Positions 28,690 to 37,982 of a stretch of 64,000 nt of DNA are shown one piece after another. This DNA is from a virus (Duplodnaviria; Heunggongvirae; Uroviricota; Caudoviricetes). The stretch lies in the IMG/VR virus record IMGVR_UViG_3300025011_000026; one strand, 5' to 3'. Position 1 is the first letter of the stretch. Every line of letters begins with the position of its first letter. Under the pieces are notes generated by a model that was not told the origin of the DNA, ran no database searches, and saw nothing but the letters and a program-made list of their open reading frames with translations. Made by a program: the position numbers and the translations under genes.

Positions 28690-28956
28690 ATGATGGATAT
28701 AAAATTAATCAAAGCATTAGAACCAATTGAGGAAGAATTCGAGGTAGATTTATTTACATTTGATGAAGCACTTGACTTTTATAAATCAGATATTGAAGAA
28801 TATAAAACTTTTGTAAATCAAATAATTAAAACTACTCGACAAGGAAGAAAAGATGAGGAATTAAATACTGACGAATCATGTTATATTAGAGGGTTAAAGG
28901 ATAGTTTAGAAGCAGTTGATTTAATTTTTGGAGGAAGAGTAGAAGAAGGTTTTTAA
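28690..28956 (+). CDS. hypothetical protein
   Basis: ATG 28690 after AAGAAAGGAAC. Confidence 0.45.
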   Translation: MMDIKLIKALEPIEEEFEVDLFTFDEALDFYKSDIEEYKTFVNQIIKTTRQGRKDEELNTDESCYIRGLKDSLEAVDLIFGGRVEEGF

Positions 28957-28976
28957 TTGAAAGGATGTTGTGAAAA

Positions 28977-29288
28977 ATGAAACAACAATGTGTTCACTTT
29001 GATGGCGGAGTTTGTTATTCAGATGGATGGGTAGACCCATATGGAGAAGGTTGCGAATTAAACCATAAGGATTCTTGTCCTCACTATAAGTCAAACAAAT
29101 TAGTTAAAGTAAAATATAAAAATTGGCAAGGCGAAATATCAATCAGAACAATCATTCCTCAAAATATATATTATGGCAACACCGAATACCACAAAGAAGA
29201 CCAATGGTTGTTAGAGGTATGGGATGTAGAAAAAGATGCTCCAAGAACTTATGCCATGCTTGATATTATTGAATTTATCAAAGAATAA
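28977..29288 (+). CDS. hypothetical Cys-rich protein (103 aa)
   Basis: CVHFDGGVC...C..C motif. Confidence 0.5.
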   Translation: MKQQCVHFDGGVCYSDGWVDPYGEGCELNHKDSCPHYKSNKLVKVKYKNWQGEISIRTIIPQNIYYGNTEYHKEDQWLLEVWDVEKDAPRTYAMLDIIEFIKE

Positions 29289-29454
29289 ACTAAAAATTAA
29301 AGTTTACAACAAACACAAAACTAAGTGATATTACATACAATATATAAATAAAATACGCAAAAATGTAATGTCGCTTCCTAGAATCACCATGAACTAACAT
29401 AATAAAATAGACAGAAAGGAGGTGATAAGTTAAGAAAGGAGGATAAACACATAA

Positions 29455-29610
29455 AATGGAAGAATTAAAAAATTGGCTTATTTATCAAATAAATCAACCA
29501 ACAGAAAAATATAATGAAAATACTTTATTATGGAGTAAAGGTTTTAGAAAAGCATGTATAATAATTTTAGAATTTATAAAAAATATTGAAAAACAAAATG
29601 AGGGGAAATA
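29455..29610 (+). CDS. small hypothetical protein (51 aa)
   Basis: two tandem AAAGGAGG RBS-like motifs upstream; below cutoff. Confidence 0.3.
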
Positions 29611-29786
29611 ATGGAAAATAAACTGTTAGAGTTGAAAGAAGAATTTGTAAATATTATTGTCTTAACAAAGTAACTGGAATTGAAGATTATGATGGATATT
29701 TATTAGACAGACAATTTGTTTGTAAAATTTGTCAAATTAATGATTATATTAAATTTATCAGAGACGAAATGGGAGGGGAATAATAA

Positions 29787-30011
29787 TTGAATAAACGTCA
29801 AAACAAAAAGAAGATAAAATATATTTTAAATAATATTCAAACAATAAATCTTAAAGAAAATGAGTTCTTATTATTTAGATTTGATACAAACAAATGGAAG
29901 CCGAAAGATTTGGCAGACTTTTCTCAACAGATTTCTGAAAATATAACTAGCAAGATAATTTTTATACCATCAGATCTTGAAATGAAAAAAGTAATTGAAC
30001 AAACAAAATGA
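29787..30011 (+). CDS. hypothetical protein (74 aa)
   Basis: TTG start; GGGAGGGG RBS. Confidence 0.4.
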   Translation: MNKRQNKKKIKYILNNIQTINLKENEFLLFRFDTNKWKPKDLADFSQQISENITSKIIFIPSDLEMKKVIEQTK

Positions 30012-30495
30012 TAGTTTCGTATGTTCAAAGAAAGAAGGTAATATTATAGAAAATCTATTGCAATTCCAAGAAGAATTATCTCTCAAATATAAATACAGAA
30101 AACTTAATAAAACTCTATCGGCAGAAGTTAGACAAAAATATCTGGATAATTTACCTCAACAATTAAATGTAGATGGTGATATTAATTTCAAAATACATAG
30201 TTTAGAAGGTACATTAATATCCAAAGGTTACAATCGAATCGTTATTGGTGACTATGGAGCGTTTATTGAATTTGATAAAAATCAAATTAAAGGAAAACTT
30301 AAAGTAAAAGTTGGTCAAGAATATAGAATTGATAATCCTAAGTATAGTGAGAATGTTAAATACTATTGGTTAACTCCTAAAGATAATAGCGATATGAAGA
30401 TATATTATCAAAAAAGAACTGTAAGTTATGCAGATTATAAACCAGAGATGTATTATGTTTCACCTTATGAAGTTTTATTAGAAGGTGAATTATGA
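29995..30495 (+). CDS. hypothetical protein (166 aa)
   Basis: overlaps neighbours by few nt (coupling). Confidence 0.5.
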   Translation: MNKQNDSFVCSKKEGNIIENLLQFQEELSLKYKYRKLNKTLSAEVRQKYLDNLPQQLNVDGDINFKIHSLEGTLISKGYNRIVIGDYGAFIEFDKNQIKGKLKVKVGQEYRIDNPKYSENVKYYWLTPKDNSDMKIYYQKRTVSYADYKPEMYYVSPYEVLLEGEL

Positions 30496-30830
30496 AAAAT
30501 ATAATCGTTTATGGTTCTACTAAAGAAAAAGCATTTAATAAATTACAAGAATTACTTGATAATATAAACCAAGAAGATATCCATAAAGTTATCAAAACAT
30601 CTCCTAATACTGGTATATTTACTATTGAATTAAAAAATGGAGATTATTACAAGGCAATTAGTGCAAATGATAATGCAAGAGGTTATAGGTGGCAATATGC
30701 CTATATCGACAGAAATATAAGTAAAGTGTCACTTGACCATGTTGTTTTTTGTAAGTTTATACCTGAGTATGGTACTGAAGATTATTATAATCATGATAGA
30801 AATTTTAAAGATTACTATGAGTGGTATTAA
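30492..30830 (+). CDS. hypothetical protein (112 aa)
   Basis: ATGA overlap with previous stop. Confidence 0.5.
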   Translation: MKNIIVYGSTKEKAFNKLQELLDNINQEDIHKVIKTSPNTGIFTIELKNGDYYKAISANDNARGYRWQYAYIDRNISKVSLDHVVFCKFIPEYGTEDYYNHDRNFKDYYEWY

Positions 30831-30855
30831 TTAATTATGAAAGGAAGTAAACAAA

Positions 30856-31221
30856 ATGATAAAATCAAAAAATAGAGGAAACGATATTGAATTTATTAAC
30901 GATGTATGGGTCTATTCTGATACACAAGAATCAGTTGCTAATAATCATACGCATAAACCTTGTGGAAATTGTGGAAGAACTTATACAACAGAAGGACACG
31001 ATGGTTGTCTAGGAACATTGCAAGGGGTGATGAATGCATGTTGCGGTCATGGAGTGTCGAAAGAAGCATATGTCCAATTTTGGGATGGTTCATGTGTTAG
31101 AGGGCAAGATGCGAAAATAATACAAGATATATTAAAAAAATATCAATTAGATATTAATGGCGAAGATTATCAAAATCATATGAAGTTGATAAAAATATTT
31201 ATGCAATCTAATAAAAGTTAA
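30856..31221 (+). CDS. Cys/His-rich hypothetical protein
   Basis: CGNCG...GHDGC...ACCGHG metal-binding-like motif. Confidence 0.5.
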   Translation: MIKSKNRGNDIEFINDVWVYSDTQESVANNHTHKPCGNCGRTYTTEGHDGCLGTLQGVMNACCGHGVSKEAYVQFWDGSCVRGQDAKIIQDILKKYQLDINGEDYQNHMKLIKIFMQSNKS

Positions 31222-31253
31222 TAAGTAGTTTTAAATAAGGAGTGAAAAATAAA

Positions 31254-31937
31254 ATGCCAATAAGAACTGAACAAATTGACGTATCTTTTAACCTCAAACT
31301 TCAAAAAGACCTCCAAGAACATGAAGTAATTTGCTCCCACTGTGGAGGCACAGGACTCCAAATAGATAATAATCCATTTGGAATTAAAGAAGAAAATAGT
31401 AAAGTTCATTTTCCATATAAGCAACAAACAATTATAGGTTGTAGACATTGTTACAATGGAGTTCAAAGTAAATGTTTACATTGTAATAAAATATTAGATA
31501 GAGGAACATCTCAATGCAATTGTGAAAAATATATACAAGAACGTACTCAAGAGCGACATAGTAAAGATTTGGGAACATGGAATAAAGCAAAGAAAATATC
31601 ATTTGAACAAGCAAGTGAAAAATATACAATGTTTTATATTTCTGAACATGATAAGTATATCAATGTTGAAGATTTTGAAGATTGGATACATGATAAAGGT
31701 TATGAGGAAGACGAGGTTGCATCATTAAGAGTTTATGGCACAAGTGTAATTGATTTATCGATTGATGCTTCTGATGTTATTGAAAACGCTTGTAGCGACT
31801 TACACGAAGATGCTAGAGATAATATTTTGGTGCAAGATGAAGAAAAACTTCAAGTGTTATTGGACAAATGGTGTGAAGAAAATAATGCAGGAACAACGAC
31901 TTATTATGCTGATTTTAATGTCGGGATAAATATGTAA
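31254..31937 (+). CDS. protein with DnaJ-type CxxCxGxG zinc-finger repeats and acidic C-terminal half
   Basis: CSHCGGTG, CRHCYNGV, CLHCNKIL; ATG 31254 after AAGGAG. Confidence 0.5.
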   Translation: MPIRTEQIDVSFNLKLQKDLQEHEVICSHCGGTGLQIDNNPFGIKEENSKVHFPYKQQTIIGCRHCYNGVQSKCLHCNKILDRGTSQCNCEKYIQERTQERHSKDLGTWNKAKKISFEQASEKYTMFYISEHDKYINVEDFEDWIHDKGYEEDEVASLRVYGTSVIDLSIDASDVIENACSDLHEDARDNILVQDEEKLQVLLDKWCEENNAGTTTYYADFNVGINM

Positions 31938-31956
31938 AAGAAAGGATGTAAATTAA

Positions 31957-32253
31957 ATGACCACATATAAAATCACTACACAAGAAGAGCTAGATAAATT
32001 AAACACAGATTATCTCAAACATTGCCCTCAAGAATCAAATTTAAAATGGTCTGGATGTAATTATTATATAAATCAAGGTAGCAATAAGCATGAACCTCTA
32101 GGTACAGCACAATCTATGCATGACTGTGATAATTGTGAAAGACTAGACTATTGCGAAGCTAATTTTGATACTCCTACTTGGTTTTGGGATAATGAAATTG
32201 AGCAGAGATTAAAAAATATTATTAATTCTTATATAAGAAAAGATGTGAATTAA
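31957..32253 (+). CDS. hypothetical Cys-containing protein (98 aa)
   Basis: RBS AAAGGATG. Confidence 0.5.
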   Translation: MTTYKITTQEELDKLNTDYLKHCPQESNLKWSGCNYYINQGSNKHEPLGTAQSMHDCDNCERLDYCEANFDTPTWFWDNEIEQRLKNIINSYIRKDVN

Positions 32254-32254
32254 A

Positions 32255-32626
32255 ATGAAATTATGGGAATATGTTCTTGCGAATGACAAAGAAGCAGATT
32301 TTATAAAATGGAAAAGTGGAAAAAATAAATCAGAAGATAAAATATTAATCTATGATTATTGTCCTATGTCTTTTGAATGTTTGACTGACACTGAGTATAA
32401 TACAGCATATAAATTAAAAAATAAAAAGGGAGATTGTAAATATCAAGAAGTTAATCATGAAGATATTCGATTAGAATATTACGACAATAAAGATCAATTT
32501 GAAAAAGCTTTTCTTAAAGAGTATAAGATTTGTAGTGAATGTTGGAATAGGGAGATAAAGGATAAAACAGATGAAGAATATGAAATGTATTTAAAACTTA
32601 AAGAAAAATTTGATCCTAGCAAATAA
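32255..32626 (+). CDS. hypothetical protein (123 aa)
   Basis: coupled. Confidence 0.5.
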   Translation: MKLWEYVLANDKEADFIKWKSGKNKSEDKILIYDYCPMSFECLTDTEYNTAYKLKNKKGDCKYQEVNHEDIRLEYYDNKDQFEKAFLKEYKICSECWNREIKDKTDEEYEMYLKLKEKFDPSK

Positions 32627-32708
32627 TGATTTTATGTTATATTCATTAGGTATTAATGCTTTCCTATCAAGCATTTAATATAATAAATTAATAAAGGATT
32701 GGTTAAAT

Positions 32709-32963
32709 ATGAAAGCTCTAGAAGACATACTTAATATGGTAAATCGAGAAAATAGACTATCAAATTCAATTACTAACAATATTATTAAAGATATTTATCA
32801 AAATTATCATGTAATGAAAGATTTTGAAGATAAAATTACAGAACCTGCACGAGGGATTAGACAAATGCTTGAATCTACTCAACAAATATTTGAAAAACAA
32901 AACCCTCATATAGATAGAGGACTCTCTTTATTCTTATCATCAATCAATAAACGATACCTATAA
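32709..32963 (+). CDS. hypothetical protein (84 aa)
   Basis: RBS AAGGATTGG. Confidence 0.45.
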   Translation: MKALEDILNMVNRENRLSNSITNNIIKDIYQNYHVMKDFEDKITEPARGIRQMLESTQQIFEKQNPHIDRGLSLFLSSINKRYL

Positions 32964-33045
32964 TATAAGATTGTAACCTATTGAGATAGGCATTAGGTAC
33001 AATTAAGTATAAACTATTAGAACCTTATTGAAAGGAGATATTAAT

Positions 33046-33225
33046 ATGCAAGATAAACAAGTAACATTTACAGAGGCGTTAACCGCAAAGAAACTAGGAT
33101 TTGAAATTTATGGTGTTACAGATAAGGGGACACCTACGAATTGGAATCCAGACGGTCAGAATATGGTTTCTTGGTATGCAATAGAAAATGGCAAATGGTA
33201 TATTAAAAATAAGAATGAACAATAA
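33046..33225 (+). CDS. hypothetical protein
   Basis: ATG 33046 after GAAAGGAGA. Confidence 0.4.
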   Translation: MQDKQVTFTEALTAKKLGFEIYGVTDKGTPTNWNPDGQNMVSWYAIENGKWYIKNKNEQ

Positions 33226-33253
33226 AGAACCTATTTGAAAGGATGGTAAAATA

Positions 33254-33484
33254 ATGAATATTGAAACTGCTAAAATAGTTGAGAAATTATTATATGAATT
33301 AAAAATTGCAGAGCAACGATTAAAAGATTTACACGAAAACATAGAACATGATGATTTACATATATGTGGTAGAAATTCTATTTATTTTAATGGTAATATG
33401 GAAATAAAAAAGATTGGTAGTTTACTTGAAGATTATTATAAAGAAAAAATTGAACAAATAAATAATGAAATTTCGGCACTTTAA
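33254..33484 (+). CDS. hypothetical coiled-coil protein (76 aa)
   Basis: RBS GAAAGGATGG. Confidence 0.45.
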   Translation: MNIETAKIVEKLLYELKIAEQRLKDLHENIEHDDLHICGRNSIYFNGNMEIKKIGSLLEDYYKEKIEQINNEISAL

Positions 33485-33525
33485 ATACAATAGATGATAA
33501 ATTCTATTGGAAAGGAAGTAAAAAT

Positions 33526-33663
33526 ATGTTTAGATGGTTGGTTATTTATGGAGATGGAAGTTCTGATGAAAAATTGGCAAGTAATTTAGAAGATGCTCTA
33601 TTTCAATCTGTTAATAATTGGTTAATCCATTCTATTATTAAACTAGGAGAAGTGAAAAAATAA
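33526..33663 (+). CDS. small hypothetical protein (45 aa)
   Basis: RBS GGAAAGGAAG 7 nt upstream; below cutoff. Confidence 0.35.
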   Translation: MFRWLVIYGDGSSDEKLASNLEDALFQSVNNWLIHSIIKLGEVKK

Positions 33664-33709
33664 TACTGTTAAAAATAAAGTTTTTAAATTATAAAGGAGC
33701 GATAATAAT

Positions 33710-33916
33710 TTGAGCACAAACAACATTGACATTCTACTATACAATTCCAAAGACGAGGTAGTAACAGCATACACATCTAACAATCCTAATTATCAAAATG
33801 GCGAAGCAATTACCATCAAAGAAAGCAATAAAAATTATAAAGTAGTAGATATTAACAAATACAGAATCATGGGATTGAGTGAGCGTATTGCTTTAGAGTT
33901 AAAAGTAGTAAAATAA
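33710..33916 (+). CDS. hypothetical protein (68 aa), TTG start
   Basis: RBS AAAGGAGCG. Confidence 0.4.
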   Translation: MSTNNIDILLYNSKDEVVTAYTSNNPNYQNGEAITIKESNKNYKVVDINKYRIMGLSERIALELKVVK

Positions 33917-33936
33917 TTATAAAGGAGTGAATAACC

Positions 33937-34140
33937 ATGGATGAAAATACTCGCGTTACATGTACAGATTGTATCCATTGGGAACATCTTAAAAAGAATC
34001 AAGAAAAATACTTCGGTTGTCAAGTGCTTTGTAACAAATGTCCGTGTGGCGAGTGTAGTTGCTACGATCCAACCAGTACAAGGAAATTTTCTCACAGACC
34101 TAAGTTTGTAATAAAAGAAAAAGAAATGATTAATTTATGA
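33937..34140 (+). CDS. small zinc-finger protein
   Basis: CTDC...CNKCPCGEC. Confidence 0.45.
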   Translation: MDENTRVTCTDCIHWEHLKKNQEKYFGCQVLCNKCPCGECSCYDPTSTRKFSHRPKFVIKEKEMINL

Positions 34141-34317
34141 ATCAAAATTGTAATCTAATTAAATGTATTCATAATTTACATAATTCCATTTCGCTATGTC
34201 TAAATATTTCTGAGCTAGAATATGATTATTTAAATGTTTGTTGGTTGAATCAAGGAATAACACCTAATAATTTTAATTGTACAAAGTACAAAATAAAATA
34301 AAAGGAGCTTGGTAAAT

Positions 34318-34506
34318 ATGATTGAAAACAATACAAAATTATCCACAACTGAGGAATTAGAAACAAAACACTACAATCGCATGAAAAGATTTCTGACTGC
34401 TGATTTTGAAGGTAGGAACTTCGAGGAATGCGATATCATTCTTAGACAAATCATAAAAGTAGCATACGATTTACTCAATGAACCAGACCTAATGAATCAG
34501 AAATGA
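34318..34506 (+). CDS. hypothetical protein
   Basis: ATG 34318 after AAAGGAGC. Confidence 0.4.
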   Translation: MIENNTKLSTTEELETKHYNRMKRFLTADFEGRNFEECDIILRQIIKVAYDLLNEPDLMNQK

Positions 34507-34631
34507 TATGTAAGCGACAGAATGACACGTAGAATGGGTTAGAAATTTGTTGAGGTATGATTGTTCAAAAACAAATTTCTAAGGTCTTAGAATCAAAATT
34601 AAGAGTTGATTAAGAAAGGATTGATATTTAT

Positions 34632-34838
34632 ATGTTGGTAAAAATTGGAGATATTATATACGATTCTACCAAAACTCCTATTATGTTAATTCTTAATGAT
34701 AAGGAAATTGAACATATGCAAGGGATTGAAAGCAATAATTATAAATATTGTTCGTATCCTGAAGATTCTAAAGAAGAGGATATTGTTGAGTTCATGAAAG
34801 TGGATGAAGTTGATAAGATAGGTTTTTTGCAATATTAA
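34632..34838 (+). CDS. hypothetical protein (68 aa)
   Basis: RBS AAAGGATTG. Confidence 0.45.
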   Translation: MLVKIGDIIYDSTKTPIMLILNDKEIEHMQGIESNNYKYCSYPEDSKEEDIVEFMKVDEVDKIGFLQY

Positions 34839-34902
34839 TTTGCATGTAAGCAAAAAATAATGTATAATCAATTCAGTGGGGATAAATACATAAAGCAAAG
34901 AG

Positions 34903-35970
34903 GTGTTCATTCTGGAACAAAACAATCAAAATACATATAACCCAGATTCTCTTGATTCTCTAGATTCTTTAGGCATATTAGGGGGAGTCAGGGCAAAACC
35001 TGCAAGAAAGGATAAAATTATGACCAAAGGTAAAATAGTGAATATTGGAGATAAATTTATAAGTAATAAAGGATATGAATACGAGGTTATAAATAAATTA
35101 AAAGGAGGAAAATATGAAGTTAGATTTAAAGATACAGGATATATAGCTAAGTCTGACAAAAAAGAAGTTTTAAATGGATGCATACGAGATTGGGAGGCTC
35201 CTTATGTCGTTGGTATAGGGATAGTTGGAAAAGAAATAGATCATCCCCAAAAGCATTATTTATATGATAGATGGAGAGATATGTTAAGACGGTGTTATGA
35301 TAATAGGTGTAATAGTTATTGTACATATGGAGCAGTAGGAGTAACAGTTGATGAAAAATGGTTTAGATTTATTAATTACGTAAATGATATCGAAACTAAG
35401 GAAAATTTTGAAAAATTAAAGATAAAAAATTGTGGTTGGGAAATAGATAAAGATTTAAAAGGGAATGGTACAAAAATATATTCTAATGCAACAACTTCAA
35501 TAATAAGAGAAGAAGAAAATATTAAAGAAAGAAATATCAGGCAAGATAATCCAGCAATAAAGCTTAAAATAAAAGTCATGCAATTTACAACAGAAGGCAA
35601 TTTTATTAAAACGCATGAGAGTATTACTGAAGCTATGAAGTTCATCGGTGTTATAAATGGTAGTGGCTCATGTATAATTGATTGTTGTAAAAGTAGAGCA
35701 AAGACAGCTTATGGGTTTGCATGGATGTATGAAAAAGATTTTATAGATTTTGAATCAGCTCGTATAAAAATAATACATAGATTAGAATATATTCCAGATA
35801 AGTATCGTAAAATAGTTTTGAAAATGGACAATGACTATAACATTATAGATGAATTTAAAGGGTTAAAAAGAGCATCTGAAAGTTTAGGTGCTACTGTTGG
35901 TGCAATAGCAAATGCCATAACAAGAGGGAACAAATGTAAAGGATTTATAGTGAGATACAAGGAGGAATAA
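34903..35970 (+). CDS. homing-endonuclease-like protein (W-x2-M-x2-RC / YG motif plus two NUMOD-like helix modules); true start may be ATG 35020
   Basis: YDRWRDMLRRCYD...YCTYGAVGVTVDEKWFRF pattern common to phage free-standing HEGs; C-terminal ITEAMKFIGV and ASESLGATVGAIANAI NUMOD1-like helices. Confidence 0.5.
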   Translation: MFILEQNNQNTYNPDSLDSLDSLGILGGVRAKPARKDKIMTKGKIVNIGDKFISNKGYEYEVINKLKGGKYEVRFKDTGYIAKSDKKEVLNGCIRDWEAPYVVGIGIVGKEIDHPQKHYLYDRWRDMLRRCYDNRCNSYCTYGAVGVTVDEKWFRFINYVNDIETKENFEKLKIKNCGWEIDKDLKGNGTKIYSNATTSIIREEENIKERNIRQDNPAIKLKIKVMQFTTEGNFIKTHESITEAMKFIGVINGSGSCIIDCCKSRAKTAYGFAWMYEKDFIDFESARIKIIHRLEYIPDKYRKIVLKMDNDYNIIDEFKGLKRASESLGATVGAIANAITRGNKCKGFIVRYKEE

Positions 35971-35973
35971 AAT

Positions 35974-37965
35974 ATGAGCGACAAAATAACCGTACTATCA
36001 TACAAACAAAAGGCCAGAGAAAGAATTAATGTCTTTCATGGTTCAGCAAATCATTTTTTGAACATGGTGAAAGAATTGATCGCAAATAGTTTCGACATAT
36101 TTAGCAAAGACAAACTAAATACTATTAAAATTATATTACATAATGAAAATAAAATTGAATATATTGATTCTGGAATAGGCATTCCAATTGAGGGTATTGC
36201 TAGTGATGGTAGTCCTAGTTATCAAGCTATATTTGAAAGAGATTTTGCAGGAAGTAGATACGGCAATACAGAGCAAACAGCAGGTCAAAATGGCATATTT
36301 TTGTATACCCTAACAATGACATCAGAAGATATTGAATACTTTATAGCTAGACCAGATGGAAATTTATACAATATAAAATATCATAAAGGAGATATGGTAT
36401 CAGATTTAAAAATTATAGGTAAGGAGGAAACTACTTATTCAAGAATGATATTTTCACTTGATGGAGAAGTATGGAATAATCCTAAATTTATATTTCAAGA
36501 AATATGTGATATAGCACAAACACAGTCTTCATTATGTAATGTAAAAATTACAATAGAAGACAAAGAGAATAACTTAACAAATGAATTTTACTATGAAAAT
36601 GGGATATTAGATTACTTTAATGACACAACTCAAAACAAAGATATTGTTACAGATCAAATTAGGATTTCCCAAATTAAAAAACCAACAATAGAGAAGGTGA
36701 TCAAAGGAATCCCTAAAAAAATTGAAGATATTGTTTCGATTGATTTTATATTTTCTTATTCAAATGATTCTAATGAAGACTTTAAAAAAGAGTTTTTAAA
36801 TACTGCTGATTTATTGTTGCATGGAACAATTCAAGATGGTATATATGCTGGATTAAAAAATTGTATCAACAAATGGTTAAAAGATAATGGAAAATATGCT
36901 AAAAATGAAAAACAAATATCTATTGATGATATTTCCACAGGACTAAACTATATTTGTAACGTATTTAGTTATTATGTAGAATATGATAATCAAATTAAGC
37001 AGAAAACATCAGCAAAGCACTATAAAACTGTTTTACAAGAAACAATTGAAGAATTTATGGAAATATATTTTATTGAAAATAAAGAGGAAAGTGAGAAATT
37101 AGCCAATGCAATCCTCTTAAACAAAAGAATCCGTGAAAAATCTGAAATCAATAGGAAAAATATCAAGAAAGAATTAGAAGAGAAAATAACTAATCAAGTT
37201 AATAGACCTGCTAAATTTGTACCATGTAGAAGCAAAAATCCTTTAGAAATAAAATTCACATTGATTGAAGGTGATTCTTCCTTAAATAGTGTCAAATTAG
37301 CTCGTAATGCTTATGATACTTGTATTTTACCATTGAAAGGGAAACCGATAAATCCTTTTAAATGTAAAATAGATGCTTTATTAAATAATGAAGAAATAAA
37401 ATCTATTTTTAAAATATTGGGTTGTGGTATGGAATATAAAGGTAAATCTATAAAAGGAGTTCCTAAATTTAATATTGACAACTTACAAGTTGATAGAGTA
37501 CAGATTGCGACAGATTTTGACAATGATGGTTATCACATACAAGCATTATTGATTGGTATATTTTATACTTTATCACCTGAACTATTAAAACAGGGTAAAA
37601 TTTATATTCTTTATACTCCTTTATACGTAATCAAAACAAAAAAGCAGACAGAATACAAAAATGAAATCACAGATACTTTATTAGCTTATAGTGAAATGGA
37701 AAGGAATGAAATTGTAAATAAACTTCATGATGAAGATATTTCATTCAAAGAAACAAGGTTTAAAGGATTAGGAGGGTTACCTGTTTCTATCATGTCAAAA
37801 GCATTAAGTGAAAACAGTATGATTATGAAACAAATAACTATGGATGACGTTGAAGAAAGTAAAAAATGGTTAGAATTATTCCTATCAGAAGAAAAATTAA
37901 AAGATAGAAAAGAATATATTGAAACTCATGGTAATAAATATTTCGACTATTCTTTGTTTGAATAA
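35974..37965 (+). CDS. type II DNA topoisomerase, ATPase/TOPRIM subunit (GyrB/ParE/T4 gp39-like)
   Basis: GHKL Bergerat motif ELIANSFD; TOPRIM EGDSSLNS and DFDNDGYHI. Confidence 0.8.
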   Translation: MSDKITVLSYKQKARERINVFHGSANHFLNMVKELIANSFDIFSKDKLNTIKIILHNENKIEYIDSGIGIPIEGIASDGSPSYQAIFERDFAGSRYGNTEQTAGQNGIFLYTLTMTSEDIEYFIARPDGNLYNIKYHKGDMVSDLKIIGKEETTYSRMIFSLDGEVWNNPKFIFQEICDIAQTQSSLCNVKITIEDKENNLTNEFYYENGILDYFNDTTQNKDIVTDQIRISQIKKPTIEKVIKGIPKKIEDIVSIDFIFSYSNDSNEDFKKEFLNTADLLLHGTIQDGIYAGLKNCINKWLKDNGKYAKNEKQISIDDISTGLNYICNVFSYYVEYDNQIKQKTSAKHYKTVLQETIEEFMEIYFIENKEESEKLANAILLNKRIREKSEINRKNIKKELEEKITNQVNRPAKFVPCRSKNPLEIKFTLIEGDSSLNSVKLARNAYDTCILPLKGKPINPFKCKIDALLNNEEIKSIFKILGCGMEYKGKSIKGVPKFNIDNLQVDRVQIATDFDNDGYHIQALLIGIFYTLSPELLKQGKIYILYTPLYVIKTKKQTEYKNEITDTLLAYSEMERNEIVNKLHDEDISFKETRFKGLGGLPVSIMSKALSENSMIMKQITMDDVEESKKWLELFLSEEKLKDRKEYIETHGNKYFDYSLFE

Positions 37966-37982
37966 AGGAGGATTATATCAAT

